DNA of 64,000 nt, from assembly GCA_018659585.1 (NCBI GenBank), contig JABJMC010000006.1, positions 33,728-97,727 of the forward strand, written 5' to 3'. The position numbers and the translations under genes were made by a program. Shown here piece by piece: positions 38,742 to 48,371 of the stretch. Below the pieces are notes generated by a model. It did no database searches and was not told the origin of the DNA. It worked only from the letters and a program-made list of their open reading frames with translations. Each line of letters begins with the position of its first letter. The stretch's first letter is position 1. This DNA comes from Candidatus Peregrinibacteria bacterium. GTDB taxonomy: Bacteria > Patescibacteriota > Gracilibacteria > UBA1369 > UBA12473.

Positions 38742-38918
38742 ATGAAAACATTTTTTATCATCTATTGGACTATTTTTGGCATCGGGTGGTTGGCGGCACG
38801 TTCTTATAAGAGATATCACCGTCATCACATTCAGCGTCATCGGTACGCCGAGCGTCATCGGGCTCAGATCGCTCGCTTAAATGGTCGTCATCAACTTCGG
38901 CTTTTCAAGACTCTCTAA
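38742..38918 (+). CDS. Unannotated 58-aa membrane-anchored peptide with C-terminal QLRLF motif
   Basis: MKTFFIIYWTIFGIGWLAARSYKRYHRHHIQRHRYAERHRAQIARLNGRHQLRLFKTL; preceded by TAACCC and 19 nt upstream of lexA. Confidence 0.7.
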   Translation: MKTFFIIYWTIFGIGWLAARSYKRYHRHHIQRHRYAERHRAQIARLNGRHQLRLFKTL

Positions 38919-38937
38919 TTCCTAACCCATCCTTTTT

Positions 38938-39555
38938 ATGGAAGACCTTACTAAAAAGCAGAAAAAAGTTCTTAAATTTATTGAAAAATATCAGTGGGAA
39001 AATGGTGCTTCTCCAACAATCCGCGAAATGAAGGAACGGTTCGAGGTTAGCTCCGATAATAGTATTTTAAAACTATTAAACGCCCTTAAGAAAAAAGGCT
39101 ATATCAAAAAAGACGACACTCCGCGCGGAATTAAAATGCTTTCTAGTGTTCGCGAGCGGATGGATGCGGCCGCCGCAATCATTCGTGTGCCTTTGGTCGG
39201 AACAATCCCGGCCGGCGGCCCCGTCGCAGCCGAAGAAAACACCATCGAGACTTACGAAATTGGCAAAGGGCTTATGCCTAGTAGCAAAGGGGCTTTTTTG
39301 CTCCGAGTAACCGGCAACAGCATGATCGATGCTGGAATTTACGAAAGCGATATGGTTATGGTTGCTCCAGATCAAAATGTTCGCTCCGGTGACATTGTAG
39401 TCGCCCTTATTGATGGCGAGAATACCGTCAAAACGTACATTAACGAAAAAGGTAAAGTTTATTTGCAGGCCGAGAATCCTGAATACGAAAATATTTATCC
39501 AACTGAAGAACTTCAAATTCAGGGTGTGGTTACCGGCCTTATCCGAAATTATTAA
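38938..39555 (+). CDS. lexA: LexA repressor
   Basis: LTKKQ..SPTIRE wHTH, IPAG cleavage site, GNSM (Ser), TVK (Lys). Confidence 0.95.
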   Translation: MEDLTKKQKKVLKFIEKYQWENGASPTIREMKERFEVSSDNSILKLLNALKKKGYIKKDDTPRGIKMLSSVRERMDAAAAIIRVPLVGTIPAGGPVAAEENTIETYEIGKGLMPSSKGAFLLRVTGNSMIDAGIYESDMVMVAPDQNVRSGDIVVALIDGENTVKTYINEKGKVYLQAENPEYENIYPTEELQIQGVVTGLIRNY

Positions 39556-39619
39556 TTCTCGCGCCATAAGGCGCAAACTTCCTTAAACGTCACGCGCCAG
39601 CAGGCGCGAATCTACAATT

Positions 39620-40747
39620 ATGAATGAAACCCCTATTTTGCATGTTGATGCAGACGCCTTTTTTGCATCTGTTGAACAACGACTCGAACCTAAATATCGA
39701 GGGAAACCAGTGATAGTGGGAGGAAGTCATCGCGGAGTGGTTAGTAGTGCTAGTTACGAAGCCCGTCAATTTGGGATTCACTCCGCGATGCCTATATTTA
39801 GAGCTCGTAAACTCTGTCCACACGGGATTTTCATTAAAGGTAGTCACCACACTTATGCCGAATTTTCCCAGGCTATGTTTCAGATTTTCAAAAAATACAC
39901 TCCTACCGTAGAAATGACCTCCATCGACGAGGGCTATCTTGACCTTACCGGTACCACCAGGCTTCACAAAGCCGCTTACCACCAAATCGCCGCTCATCTT
40001 CTTTGCGAGGTCGAAAAATCCCTGGGGATTACTCTTTCCGGTGCTCTTTCTTCCTGTAAAATTGTTTCCAAAATTGCTTCATCGCGTTTTAAACCACGAC
40101 GACTTTCTTGGGTTCACGCGGCTCACGAAAAGCAATTCTTGGCCTCCTTGCCCCTCAAAGAAATGCCTGGAATCGGCCCCCAAAGCCTCCCTAAATTTAC
40201 CCGCCTCGGTCTCCAGACAATCGGCGATTTGGCCGAACTCCAGTTCGAGGCCATGTGGCAGATGTTTGGTGGCTACGGCATGGTTCTTTGGGAGCGCGCC
40301 AACGGCATTGATCATCGCCCGGTTTCACCACACGCCCCTAAACGAAAATCAATTTCCGAAGACAAAACTTTCCCTATTGATCTCGATTCCCCTCAACTCC
40401 TTCTCGAGGAATCTTCTCGCATGCTCAAAAAACTGTGCTACCAAATCCGCAAAAATAATCGTTTTGCCGCTACTCTCACTCTCAAAATCCGTTACTCAGA
40501 CTTTGCCACTTACACCCACCAACGTTCCCTCGACCAACCTTCTAACGTTCCCTGCGGCCTCCTTCCAACCCTCAAATTACTTCTTAAAAAACGCGATTCA
40601 TCCCGCCGCGTCCGCCTGCTCGGAGTTAGTCTTTCCAACCTCCAGAGCCAAGTTCAGCTTGAGCTCTTCGGCCGCAGCGCAAAGAGCCAACATCTCGAGC
40701 AGTCGTTAGATACACTCCGCAAAAAGTATGGACTTGGGGTTATTTAG
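39620..40747 (+). CDS. dinB: DNA polymerase IV (Y family)
   Basis: HVDADAFFASVE, SYEAR, SIDEGYLD, LKIRYSDF, RLLGV, clamp motif QLELF. Confidence 0.95.
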   Translation: MNETPILHVDADAFFASVEQRLEPKYRGKPVIVGGSHRGVVSSASYEARQFGIHSAMPIFRARKLCPHGIFIKGSHHTYAEFSQAMFQIFKKYTPTVEMTSIDEGYLDLTGTTRLHKAAYHQIAAHLLCEVEKSLGITLSGALSSCKIVSKIASSRFKPRRLSWVHAAHEKQFLASLPLKEMPGIGPQSLPKFTRLGLQTIGDLAELQFEAMWQMFGGYGMVLWERANGIDHRPVSPHAPKRKSISEDKTFPIDLDSPQLLLEESSRMLKKLCYQIRKNNRFAATLTLKIRYSDFATYTHQRSLDQPSNVPCGLLPTLKLLLKKRDSSRRVRLLGVSLSNLQSQVQLELFGRSAKSQHLEQSLDTLRKKYGLGVI

Positions 40748-40889
40748 TCGCAACAAATCTACGCCCTCATTGAGGGAGCGTCATAATATGCTAAACTACC
40801 CTTAATGACCTCCCACTTCGTCAATCATAAATATTTGTAATTTAATCGCGCCCAGCGCGTTTGTTTAAGCTAGAAATTAATTCCTACAC

Positions 40890-41648
40890 ATGGAACCAAT
40901 CCGCAGCTTCAACCGCTACGAGTTAAAATTCATCCTCGACACCAAGCATATGCGTGAGGTGCAGGAGGGTTTAAAGGCTTATTTAGTCCCAGATAAATAT
41001 GGTGACAAATACGGCAATTATAACCTGTCGAGTCTTTATTACGACAACGATGATTTCACTTTTTATTGGGAAAAGGTAGAGGGTCTTAAATTTCGCCGCA
41101 AGATCCGAATCCGCCATTACGAAACCAAAAAAGCCCTCACTCCAAAATCCAAAGTTTTTGTCGAAATCAAACAAAGACTAGACCGCGTAACTCAAAAGCG
41201 TCGGGTAGTTCTTCCTTACGAACAGGCATTGCAGCTTTGTGACGAACGTATTCCTCCTAAAAACATCAAAGACGAAAAAGACCAAATGGTAATCGACGAA
41301 ATTTTTGGAATGCTCTTTCAGTACAACTTAAAACCACAGTGCATAACGAGTTACCAGCGCATGGCCTTAGTTGGCACTGAACTCGATCCGGGGCTTAGAG
41401 TGACTTTTGACACCAATCTTCGCTATCGTCGCCAAGATCTCGACCTCGCGTCTAAAAAGCCAGGTCCTTATATGCTCGACCCTGACAAATGTGTGGTCGA
41501 AATCAAAGTTAACGACCGTATCCCGTACTGGCTCACTGAATTTGCCGCTGACACCGGCCTTTCTCTTGTTCGTATTAGTAAATATTGTACCGGGTTAGAA
41601 AAAGCGGAATTAGTTCCGCCTCTAACCTATGATTATCCAACTAAATAA
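40890..41648 (+). CDS. VTC-domain (polyphosphate polymerase-like) protein
   Basis: RYELKF, SLYYD, RKIRIRHY, FVEIK, LRVTFD, VEIK, SKYC. Confidence 0.9.
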   Translation: MEPIRSFNRYELKFILDTKHMREVQEGLKAYLVPDKYGDKYGNYNLSSLYYDNDDFTFYWEKVEGLKFRRKIRIRHYETKKALTPKSKVFVEIKQRLDRVTQKRRVVLPYEQALQLCDERIPPKNIKDEKDQMVIDEIFGMLFQYNLKPQCITSYQRMALVGTELDPGLRVTFDTNLRYRRQDLDLASKKPGPYMLDPDKCVVEIKVNDRIPYWLTEFAADTGLSLVRISKYCTGLEKAELVPPLTYDYPTK

Positions 41649-41666
41649 TTTCTTAACTTTATTATT

Positions 41667-42374
41667 ATGGATGCTTCTACTGCCGAATTTCTCCAGACAA
41701 TCTTCACTTTTGAAGATCTAACTGGAGTGTTCTCCATCACTGATGTGGTGCTTACGATTGCTTTAAGTTTTGTACTTACAGCGATCATTGGTTACGTTTA
41801 TAAGATTACTCACAAGGGAGCTTCTTATACTCAAAGTTACGTTCACACCCTAGTTTTAATGGGTATGATTGTGGCGATCATTATGTTAATTGTTGGTTCA
41901 AATATTGCGCGAGCCTTCTCTTTAGTTGGTGCTCTTTCTATTATCCGTTTTCGTAATGCGGTTAAGGAGACGCGTGATGTTGGATTTATCTTTTTTGCGA
42001 TGGCAATTGGGATGGCCAATGGAACTCGATTTTATTCACTCGCGATCATCTCTACTATTATGATCTGTTTGATTGTCCTTATGATGAATCGGTTTGATTT
42101 TTACAAAAAGGACTTAACCAGCAAGATTTTGAAAGTCTATGTTACGAGTAAGACCGATTACGATCATATTTTTGATAGCACTTTTGTTAAATACACCAAG
42201 GAATCAGATTTAATTAGTGTGGATTCAGTTCGTTCTGGCATGCTGACTGAATTGGTTTATAACGTGGATCTTAAAAAATCCACCAAATCCAACGAGTTTT
42301 TAAACGCAATTAAGAAACTCAACGGCAATAACAAAGTCACTCTAATTACAGGTTATAATACCACGGATCTTTAA
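41667..42374 (+). CDS. DUF4956 membrane protein
   Basis: GSNIARAFSLVGALSIIRFRNAVKETRD. Confidence 0.9.
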   Translation: MDASTAEFLQTIFTFEDLTGVFSITDVVLTIALSFVLTAIIGYVYKITHKGASYTQSYVHTLVLMGMIVAIIMLIVGSNIARAFSLVGALSIIRFRNAVKETRDVGFIFFAMAIGMANGTRFYSLAIISTIMICLIVLMMNRFDFYKKDLTSKILKVYVTSKTDYDHIFDSTFVKYTKESDLISVDSVRSGMLTELVYNVDLKKSTKSNEFLNAIKKLNGNNKVTLITGYNTTDL

Positions 42375-42377
42375 AGT

Positions 42378-44084
42378 ATGCATATTCCCATAAAACTTAG
42401 GCGTCATTATAAACTGCTAGTAGCAGTAGTAGCAGTATTTGTAATTTCGATTACTGTTTTAGGTGAAGTGCGTGTAATCCCATATACCGTCAGTGCCGAT
42501 ACTTATGCTCAGGATGTAGAGAGTGAGGGCAACACTTTTGGGTTATTGGGACGAGCTGATAGTTCAGATTTTTTTGATGAAATTGATGTGATGCACGAGG
42601 TTGAAATCGATATGGACCCCGATGATTACGATATGATGATTCTCACTTACGAAGAAACAGCGGAAAAGGATTATTTTGAAGTGGATATAACTATTGATGG
42701 TGTTCTTTATGAAAGTGTGGGGATTCGTCTTAAGGGGAATTCTTCACTGCGGGGAGCAATTGGAATGGGTATGGGACAAGGGGCCGCTGTTAATAAAGTA
42801 CCTCAAGAATTTCAAGAAAATGATTACGAAACTCCTTTTATGATTAAATTTGATGAGTATGTTGATCAGGATTTTATGGGTCAAACTCTAATGTCACTGC
42901 GGGCGCAGTTCAACGATGCTACAGCTATGCAGGAGGTACTTTCTTATGAAATTTTGGAGGATATGGGAATTACAGCGCCAAGTATTGTTTATGGAACAGT
43001 TAGTATGAATGGTGAAGGGGAACGACTTTATATGCTTTGCGAAGTTGTTAATGATGAATTTTTAGTAGAGTATATGGGAGCTACAGATGGCGCTGAGGGA
43101 GATTTGTTTAAATCTGGGGGAAATGGTCATATGATCTATGAAGGCGATGATCCCACCATGTATGGAACCTACGAGCTTCAAACTAACGAAGGAGTTTCGG
43201 ATTTATACGACTTAATTGAAATGTTTAAGTTCTTTGACGAGGCTGAAGAGAATGAATTTTTCGCCCAAATAGACGAGTATATGGATATGGATGTTTATTT
43301 AGATTATCTGGCGTTTTGTAATGTGTTGGTGAATTTAGATTCGCACGCTGGGAATGGAAATAATTATTACATTTATCAGTATCCAGACACTGAGCAATTT
43401 GTAATTATTCCTTGGGATTTGAATGAAGCTTTTGGAAGATTTGGAATGAATGGTGATCGCTGGCAGTTTGGACTTTATTTTGAGGAATACAAAATTAAGC
43501 AAAGTATGGGACAGGGTGGAGCTGGGGGAGAACAACAACGTAATGGAATGGGGCCTCCTGAAGATGGCATGATGATGCCTCCAAAAGATGGAGGAGGGAT
43601 GATGCCAATCAACGAGAATTTTGAGATTGCAGACCTGTTTTTTGACACTGCTTTTGCCGCTGCCCACTCAAACCATCCACGCGCGGAACTTGTTCAACAA
43701 CAAATGATGCCTCAGGATGGCCAGAAAGGAATGCGCCCACCTCGCAATAAAGGTAATAATTGGCCGTCCGCACCAGTAGTTTTTGAAGAAGACATGGACT
43801 TGTCTGAGCTTTCGCCACTTATGGCCTGGGTTTTTGATACCGAAGAATTAAATGAACAGTATTTAGATGCCATAATTTCCTTGCTTAAGGATGAATTCGC
43901 AATCGATAAGGTTCAAACACGCGCAGATGAGCTTATAGAGTTTTTAACCACGGAAAATGAAGAGCGCGGTTTTTGGACAGATAAAGAATATGAACGGTTT
44001 GTTACCGGGGCAGAGGGGCTTAAAGATTTTGTCGAAAACAGGCATGAATATTTGTGGGAACTTTTGAGGGAAGAGATAAAATAA
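42378..44084 (+). CDS. CotH kinase family protein
   Basis: VGIRLKGNSS, GDLFK, NNYYIY, IPWDLNEAFG; Gly/Met/Pro-rich insert. Confidence 0.9.
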   Translation: MHIPIKLRRHYKLLVAVVAVFVISITVLGEVRVIPYTVSADTYAQDVESEGNTFGLLGRADSSDFFDEIDVMHEVEIDMDPDDYDMMILTYEETAEKDYFEVDITIDGVLYESVGIRLKGNSSLRGAIGMGMGQGAAVNKVPQEFQENDYETPFMIKFDEYVDQDFMGQTLMSLRAQFNDATAMQEVLSYEILEDMGITAPSIVYGTVSMNGEGERLYMLCEVVNDEFLVEYMGATDGAEGDLFKSGGNGHMIYEGDDPTMYGTYELQTNEGVSDLYDLIEMFKFFDEAEENEFFAQIDEYMDMDVYLDYLAFCNVLVNLDSHAGNGNNYYIYQYPDTEQFVIIPWDLNEAFGRFGMNGDRWQFGLYFEEYKIKQSMGQGGAGGEQQRNGMGPPEDGMMMPPKDGGGMMPINENFEIADLFFDTAFAAAHSNHPRAELVQQQMMPQDGQKGMRPPRNKGNNWPSAPVVFEEDMDLSELSPLMAWVFDTEELNEQYLDAIISLLKDEFAIDKVQTRADELIEFLTTENEERGFWTDKEYERFVTGAEGLKDFVENRHEYLWELLREEIK

Positions 44085-44150
44085 CAAGGGGTTGACAAAA
44101 AGCAAAAGGTGGTGTTAAGGTGATTGCCATCCATTTAACCCCACCCCCAA

Positions 44151-45104
44151 ATGGCTTCAGACAATGATACTCCTTCTAATGAAGAAGGCGATGGCGAGTT
44201 AACAGTAAATCAAGCCCTAGATTTCCTCAGCGAAGAATTAGGATTAGGAGATAGTGCAGATGTAGCCGCCGAAGATCCTCAAGAAGTAACAGATCCTATA
44301 GCGGAATGTCGCGATAGAATGCACGGCCCCCCTAGACCTACTCTCCAAAACCAGCTAGATAGTGTATTTGGGATGCCAGATACACAGCGTGAAGCTTTAG
44401 AAAACAACCCTCTTTATTCAGCCAATGTAATTTATTGTATGGCTACAGTTAACTCAGAAGCTTTAAGAGAAATTAGAGCAAGAGTAGCGAGTACCCCAAG
44501 TGATGAAGATCTAGAGGACTTAGGTTTAGCATTATTCACGGATGCTGAGATTCAGCTAACAGAGCGCGAACTAGGAATTGCTGATGATGCGCAAACAATT
44601 TCAACGCAGCTAGCGGTTCTGGACGCTATGATTAAATACGAAGAAGAAAGAATTAGAATCAGCTGTGAAAGATTATTATTCTTTGGAGTGGATAGACTGT
44701 CTTCAACTCCACTACCTAGCGATGTTGTAGAGGCATCTACGGAATCAATACAAGAATTTAGAGTACCTTCAGCTGCTCGATTAGAATTAATAGAAGGGAT
44801 GGATGAGGATGAAGCACATGAAAAATTAGAAATGTACCTAGGGATTATTAAAAGTGTTGACCAAGCCATCACATTCCTCCAAGGAGAAGATTCTACCGCT
44901 GTAAAATTTTTATCAGACGCAGCTAGAAATTTAGACCCCTTCCCTTTAGAATCAATCCCCACAGATTATAATTACGCTTTGAGAATAGCCATAGCCGAAG
45001 CTCTAACCAAAGAAGAACAAATCGCTGTGTTAGAAGTTGTTAAGGCTAACTGTGAAGGTCAAACAGGAGCTCTGAATGCAAGGCTAAAAGAGATAGAGGA
45101 ATAG
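44151..45104 (+). CDS. Hypothetical acidic helical protein
   Basis: 317-aa ORF with its own TTGACA promoter-like site at 44092. Confidence 0.72.
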   Translation: MASDNDTPSNEEGDGELTVNQALDFLSEELGLGDSADVAAEDPQEVTDPIAECRDRMHGPPRPTLQNQLDSVFGMPDTQREALENNPLYSANVIYCMATVNSEALREIRARVASTPSDEDLEDLGLALFTDAEIQLTERELGIADDAQTISTQLAVLDAMIKYEEERIRISCERLLFFGVDRLSSTPLPSDVVEASTESIQEFRVPSAARLELIEGMDEDEAHEKLEMYLGIIKSVDQAITFLQGEDSTAVKFLSDAARNLDPFPLESIPTDYNYALRIAIAEALTKEEQIAVLEVVKANCEGQTGALNARLKEIEE

Positions 45105-45130
45105 TTAACTATCCATAACTTACCCCCAAA

Positions 45131-45619
45131 ATGCCCAATTCATGTCCAGAATGTTCCTTGGGCGGAGTATATGATCCTAATGTAGTAATACTCGGCTACA
45201 AAATCCCTTGGACGGCGTTAGGTAGTAAGGTGCCTAAAGAATTAAATATTCAAAATGGCTATGTAGGCACTAGGACTGATGGGACAGGATTTTGTAACCT
45301 TAGAGACAAAAAAACAAAACTCTGTAACATGCCAGTAGTGGTGGTTCAAGAACTTTTTGAGCAAATGGTGGATAAAATAGAAGGACCAAGCCCTCTTACA
45401 GATAGTAATTTGAATAATTATTTCGAAGAAACAAATCGTAAATTAATAAAAATATTTGGCCCCCAATTTAAGCCTGTTCCGCATGATAAAAATTTAGTAA
45501 AACCTTTTCGTAGGGCTGTTCTTGATCAGATAGAAAAATTTAAAGCGAAGTGTGAAATAATAGTTGACCCCACAAAATCCATTGATCCGCCACTGGAAGA
45601 GCTTGAAAATCAGGCCTAG
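45131..45619 (+). CDS. Hypothetical protein with CxxC and additional Cys
   Basis: CPEC ... FCNL ... LCNM. Confidence 0.65.
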   Translation: MPNSCPECSLGGVYDPNVVILGYKIPWTALGSKVPKELNIQNGYVGTRTDGTGFCNLRDKKTKLCNMPVVVVQELFEQMVDKIEGPSPLTDSNLNNYFEETNRKLIKIFGPQFKPVPHDKNLVKPFRRAVLDQIEKFKAKCEIIVDPTKSIDPPLEELENQA

Positions 45620-45636
45620 AAGTCTAGAATACGGCC

Positions 45637-48234
45637 ATGGCCAAGCTTACTCCCATGATGCGGCAGTATACGGAGATAAAAGGCGAATTTCAGGACTGCA
45701 TTCTGTTTTTCCGTCTCGGGGATTTTTATGAAATGTTTGAGGAGGATGCCAAGCAGGCAGCCAAGGTTTTGGGAATAGTTTTAACCTCCAGACATGGGAC
45801 CCCGATGTGTGGAATCCCTTATCATGCCGTTGAGCAGTATTTGGCCAAGCTCACCGCAGCTGGTATGAAAGTAGCGATTTGTGAACAAACTAGTGACCCG
45901 AGTTTACCCGGAATTGTAAAAAGAGAAGTTGTGCGCGTAATAACCCCCGGAACAACTTTTAGCGACAATCTACTCGAAGGAAAATCCAATAATTACGCAG
46001 TCGCAATTTTCCCAAAACGTGATTATTTTGGGTTAGCAGCAATAGACTTAACTACTGGCGAATTTTTGGTGACTGAATTGCACGGTTACGACCAATTAGC
46101 CACCGAAATTCAACGTCTCCAGCCGCGCGAAGTGATCTTGCCGCAAGAAATTAACGATGAAAATTTAACAACTTTACTCGAGGCTTTCGAAGGAGTTCAC
46201 GTTTACCCGTACGACACTTACAAAGACGCGAACGAGACTTTGCGCCAACAGTTTGAAGTGCAGAGTTTAGAGGCTTTTGGGATTGATAAGTGGCCTTTTG
46301 CTATTCAAGCTGCTGGGCGTTTATTGAATTATTTAAGAGGCACGCAAAAAACAAATATTTCCCATTTGAAGAGGTTGCGTCCGTACGCTCCAGACGATCA
46401 TATGATTTTGGATGAGGCGACGCTTCGTAATTTAGAATTGTTGTCAAACTTGCGCGAGGGTCAGAAAAAAGGGTCTTTGCTTGGTGTTTTGGATCACACT
46501 CAAACCGCCATGGGAGGACGACTATTAAAGAATTGGATTATTCGTCCGCTGACCGACATTGTTCGCATTGAAGGCCGACTTGAGGCCGTTGAAAAACTAT
46601 ATAATGAGGAACGTTTACACAGCGACTTAACAGAAGAGATTTCTGAAATTTTGGATTTGGAAAGAGTGCTTGGAAGGCTTAGTTTAGACCGAGGAACTCC
46701 ACGGGATTTAGTGGCCCTCAAAGTTTCGTTAATGCGAATTCCAGCCATTAAAAAAATGCTCAAAAAAACCAAATCACGTGTTTTGAATGAAGTTTATAAT
46801 CGTTTGGAACCTTTGCCAGATTTAGTTTCGTTGTTACATAAGGCAATTATCGAGGAGCCACCAATAAATTTAAAAGAAGGTGGCTATATTCACGATAGTT
46901 TTAATAAGGATTTATATGAATTAAGAACACTGGCGCGTGAGGGGAAAGGGTTTATCACTAGTCTGCAGGAGCGTGAGATTAAACGGACTGGAATTTCTTC
47001 GTTAAAGGTTAAATACAACAAAGTTTTTGGTTATTATATTGAAATTTCTAAGTCTAATTTGGATCATGTGCCAAATGATTATTTGCGCAAACAAACCCTG
47101 GTAAATGCCGAACGATTTATTACTCCGGAATTAAAGGAATATGAAGAAAAAGTTTTGTCCGCGGATGAAAAAAGTAAGGCTTTAGAAATGGAATTGTTTA
47201 AAGAAGTGCGAGCCGTGGTCATGCAAGAACTGCGAACGATTCAACAGAATGCTGAGGCCATTGCGAAATTGGATGTTTTATTAAATTTTGCGGAAATTGC
47301 GCGACGTAATCGTTACGTTAAACCAGACCTTTCTAAGGAAAATATTTTGGAAATTAAAGGGGGGCGTCATCCAGTCGTAGAGTGCATGAATGTGGCGGGG
47401 GATTTTGTGCCAAATGACACTATTTTGGGAACCGAGAATCAACAAATTATTCTGTTAACCGGGCCCAATATGAGTGGGAAGTCGACTTTGCTGCGGCAAG
47501 TTGCCCTAATTACTTTGATGGCCCAAATGGGGAGTTTTGTGCCGGCTCAGGCCGCCCGCTTGGGCGTTTCTGATCGAATTTTTACGCGTGTTGGAGCTAG
47601 CGATAATTTAGTTCGCGGCCAATCTACTTTTATGGTCGAAATGCAGGAAGCCGCCAATATTTTGAATAATGCTACCGCCAAGAGCCTTATTATTTTGGAC
47701 GAAATTGGCCGCGGCACCTCTACTTACGATGGAGTTAGTATTGCCTGGTCCATCCTTGAACATATTCACGATAAAATTAAAGCCAAAACATTGTTTGCCA
47801 CGCACTATCACGAGCTTATTTCTGTGGCAGACAAGTTAGCCCGCGCCCAGAACTTTTGTGTGGCGGTTCACGAAGATGATAAGGGCGTTGTTTTCCTTCA
47901 CAAAATTCAACCTGGCGGCACGGCCCGCAGTTACGGAATCGAAGTTGCTAAACTAGCCGGCCTCCCTCCTGAAGTTATTAAAAAATCTGAGCACATCCTG
48001 CAAAATCTCGAAGAAGGAGTTGTTGAAAAAGGCATTCGCGAACAAATGAAAGGAGCTTATGACAGTTCTCAAATCGGTCTTTTTGATCCTTCGCAAGAAG
48101 CTCCTCAAATGCTCGAACGCGAACACGGCAAACTAACGCATCCCGCCCTCGAGCGCCTCAAAGAAATCGATGTTAATCGAATGACCCCCTTAGAAGCGCT
48201 TCAGGCCTTGGAAGAACTTAAAAAGGAGGGTTGA
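45637..48234 (+). CDS. mutS: DNA mismatch repair protein MutS
   Basis: TPMMRQY, GDFYEMF, TGPNMSGKST, STFMVEM, DEIGRGTST, MTPLEAL. Confidence 0.98.
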   Translation: MAKLTPMMRQYTEIKGEFQDCILFFRLGDFYEMFEEDAKQAAKVLGIVLTSRHGTPMCGIPYHAVEQYLAKLTAAGMKVAICEQTSDPSLPGIVKREVVRVITPGTTFSDNLLEGKSNNYAVAIFPKRDYFGLAAIDLTTGEFLVTELHGYDQLATEIQRLQPREVILPQEINDENLTTLLEAFEGVHVYPYDTYKDANETLRQQFEVQSLEAFGIDKWPFAIQAAGRLLNYLRGTQKTNISHLKRLRPYAPDDHMILDEATLRNLELLSNLREGQKKGSLLGVLDHTQTAMGGRLLKNWIIRPLTDIVRIEGRLEAVEKLYNEERLHSDLTEEISEILDLERVLGRLSLDRGTPRDLVALKVSLMRIPAIKKMLKKTKSRVLNEVYNRLEPLPDLVSLLHKAIIEEPPINLKEGGYIHDSFNKDLYELRTLAREGKGFITSLQEREIKRTGISSLKVKYNKVFGYYIEISKSNLDHVPNDYLRKQTLVNAERFITPELKEYEEKVLSADEKSKALEMELFKEVRAVVMQELRTIQQNAEAIAKLDVLLNFAEIARRNRYVKPDLSKENILEIKGGRHPVVECMNVAGDFVPNDTILGTENQQIILLTGPNMSGKSTLLRQVALITLMAQMGSFVPAQAARLGVSDRIFTRVGASDNLVRGQSTFMVEMQEAANILNNATAKSLIILDEIGRGTSTYDGVSIAWSILEHIHDKIKAKTLFATHYHELISVADKLARAQNFCVAVHEDDKGVVFLHKIQPGGTARSYGIEVAKLAGLPPEVIKKSEHILQNLEEGVVEKGIREQMKGAYDSSQIGLFDPSQEAPQMLEREHGKLTHPALERLKEIDVNRMTPLEALQALEELKKEG

Positions 48235-48293
48235 CTCTAGTCTAGGTAAAAATCTCTTGCACTCCTTATTCGCCCCTGCTAGTATCTTCTCGC

Positions 48294-48359
48294 CTTCTTA
48301 GAAATAAGAAGCTTTTCTACTTGCGGAAAGGCCCTTGCAAGTTTATATCCACAGAAAAG
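48294..48359 (+). promoter_or_regulatory. Structured rpsF leader (candidate S6:S18 autoregulatory element)
   Basis: CUUCUUA-GAAA-UAAGAAG hairpin, then CUUUUCU/AGAAAAG and ACUUGC/GCAAGU stems with an internal loop containing CCA. Confidence 0.55.
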
Positions 48360-48371
48360 TAACCCTTAACT

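Noticed and set aside
39939-40709. 256-aa alternative-frame ORF inside dinB
   Set aside because: Ser/Pro/Leu-rich product; explained by C-rich codon usage in the dinB 3' half, which depletes stop codons.
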